IMG/VR virus record: IMGVR_UViG_3300045988_019110
Span: 1-35,010 of that record
Source: a virus
Taxonomy: Duplodnaviria; Heunggongvirae; Uroviricota; Caudoviricetes
Strand: one strand, 5' to 3'
DNA: 35,010 nt
The notes beneath the pieces were generated by a model, which was given only the letters and a program-made list of their open reading frames with translations, searched no databases and was not told the DNA's origin. Of the stretch, positions 34,296 to 35,010 are shown piece after piece. Made by a program: the position numbers and the translations under genes. Every line of letters starts with the position of its first letter. The stretch's first letter is position 1.

Positions 34296-34484
34296 CTAAC
34301 TCAGCCTTTCGATTATAAGTTCAGCCAGTGCAACAGCTTCATTCGCGTCAAAGACGGCATAACCATCGCCAATATCCATTTGGCAACCATCAATGCCAAA
34401 GAAATCTATTCTGCAATCACGGCCATCTGAATCCTGAAACTCCGCAACAACATTACCAATTTCGTCACGTTTTATTTTAAACAT
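34296..34484 (-). CDS. hypothetical acidic protein
   Basis: 62-aa ORF on - strand, second gene of reverse-oriented cassette. Confidence 0.4.
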   Translation of the reverse strand: MFKIKRDEIGNVVAEFQDSDGRDCRIDFFGIDGCQMDIGDGYAVFDANEAVALAELIIERLS

Positions 34485-34496
34485 TTGAGACCTCTG

Positions 34497-34775
34497 TTAG
34501 CGATAGACTGTACCGACACTAAAACCATTGACCATTGTAGGGTTCTGCATCAGACCTTTGTTTACTTTTGCTTCCCATACTGTGGGGGTAATCACTACAT
34601 CACAACGTTTGAACGACTTCTTCAGAATTGCTGCAAATCTTTTAGCAGCCGATTCGGATTTGCAAGTAACTGAAACATAGATTCTGTCCAGACCAAAAAC
34701 CGTAATTTCGTGGTAAGCAATGCCGGATTTCACCAAAGTTTCTTTAATAGCAGCTTTATCTGCCGGTGTCATCAT
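34497..34775 (-). CDS. hypothetical protein
   Basis: 92-aa ORF with GGGAGG RBS, downstream of - strand promoter at 34804..34832. Confidence 0.45.
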   Translation of the reverse strand: MMTPADKAAIKETLVKSGIAYHEITVFGLDRIYVSVTCKSESAAKRFAAILKKSFKRCDVVITPTVWEAKVNKGLMQNPTMVNGFSVGTVYR

Positions 34776-34803
34776 TTAAGCACCTCCCGTTTAAGTTATC
34801 CGA

Positions 34804-34832
34804 ATAGTACCCTATTATATTGGGGTATGCAA
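34804..34832 (-). promoter_or_regulatory. sigma70-type promoter (TTGCAT-17-TACTAT) driving reverse-oriented cassette
   Basis: On - strand: TTGCAT, spacer accccaatataataggg, TACTAT; followed by palindrome CTATTCGAATAG at 34881-34892 in the same region. Confidence 0.45.
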
Positions 34833-35010
34833 GCGCGAACACCAACTATTCCAGTTATTCCGCTCAATTGTAGATGTTGGAATAAACTATTCGAATAGTT
34901 GACTTTTCACTGAAAATATGATAAGCTCCACCTGAGCTTGTGAAGTATGAACAAGCGACCGCGGCGCGGGCAGGTAACGGAGCGGGACGTAAGTCCTGAG
35001 TGTAGTTACG

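Noticed and set aside
1-34834. Terminal redundancy or a complete circular genome, suggested by the same 24-mer at 1-24 and 34811-34834
   Set aside because: Flanking sequence diverges immediately beyond the 24-mer, and the same element recurs internally at 21713-21735 and 11792-11815, so these are promoter copies, not genome ends.

Overview
The window reads as about 35 kb of a tailed dsDNA phage genome, siphovirus-like in layout, with sigma70-type promoters that suggest an enterobacterial host (inference; no searches were run). No integrase, CRISPR array, tRNA or rRNA was recognised. Layout: a tail module on the + strand (1-9031: assembly chaperones, tape measure, minor tail proteins, NlpC/P60-like protein, tail tip protein, beta-helix tailspike); a leftward replication module on the - strand (9059-21279: SNF2 helicase, compact C5-methyltransferase-like protein, VRR-NUC, family A DNA polymerase, SSB-like protein, Cas4-like exonuclease, primase-helicase); a rightward block of small genes ending in a lysis cassette (21777-26902); another block of small ORFs (27084-29316); then terminase small and large subunits, portal and head morphogenesis genes (29443-34262). 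The most unusual feature is an intein in motif B of the DNA polymerase whose interior also carries a complete HNH-endonuclease-like ORF in a different reading frame, with its own ATG and Shine-Dalgarno. Other notable points are an HslV/proteasome-like peptidase next to the lysis genes, two repeated promoter families sharing a GAATAG/CTATTC palindrome, an identical EDLE C-terminus on three replication-module proteins, and a reverse-oriented two-gene cassette inside the head gene cluster. All functional calls rest on motifs read by eye and on gene order; coordinates of starts are from the ORF track unless I re-derived them.
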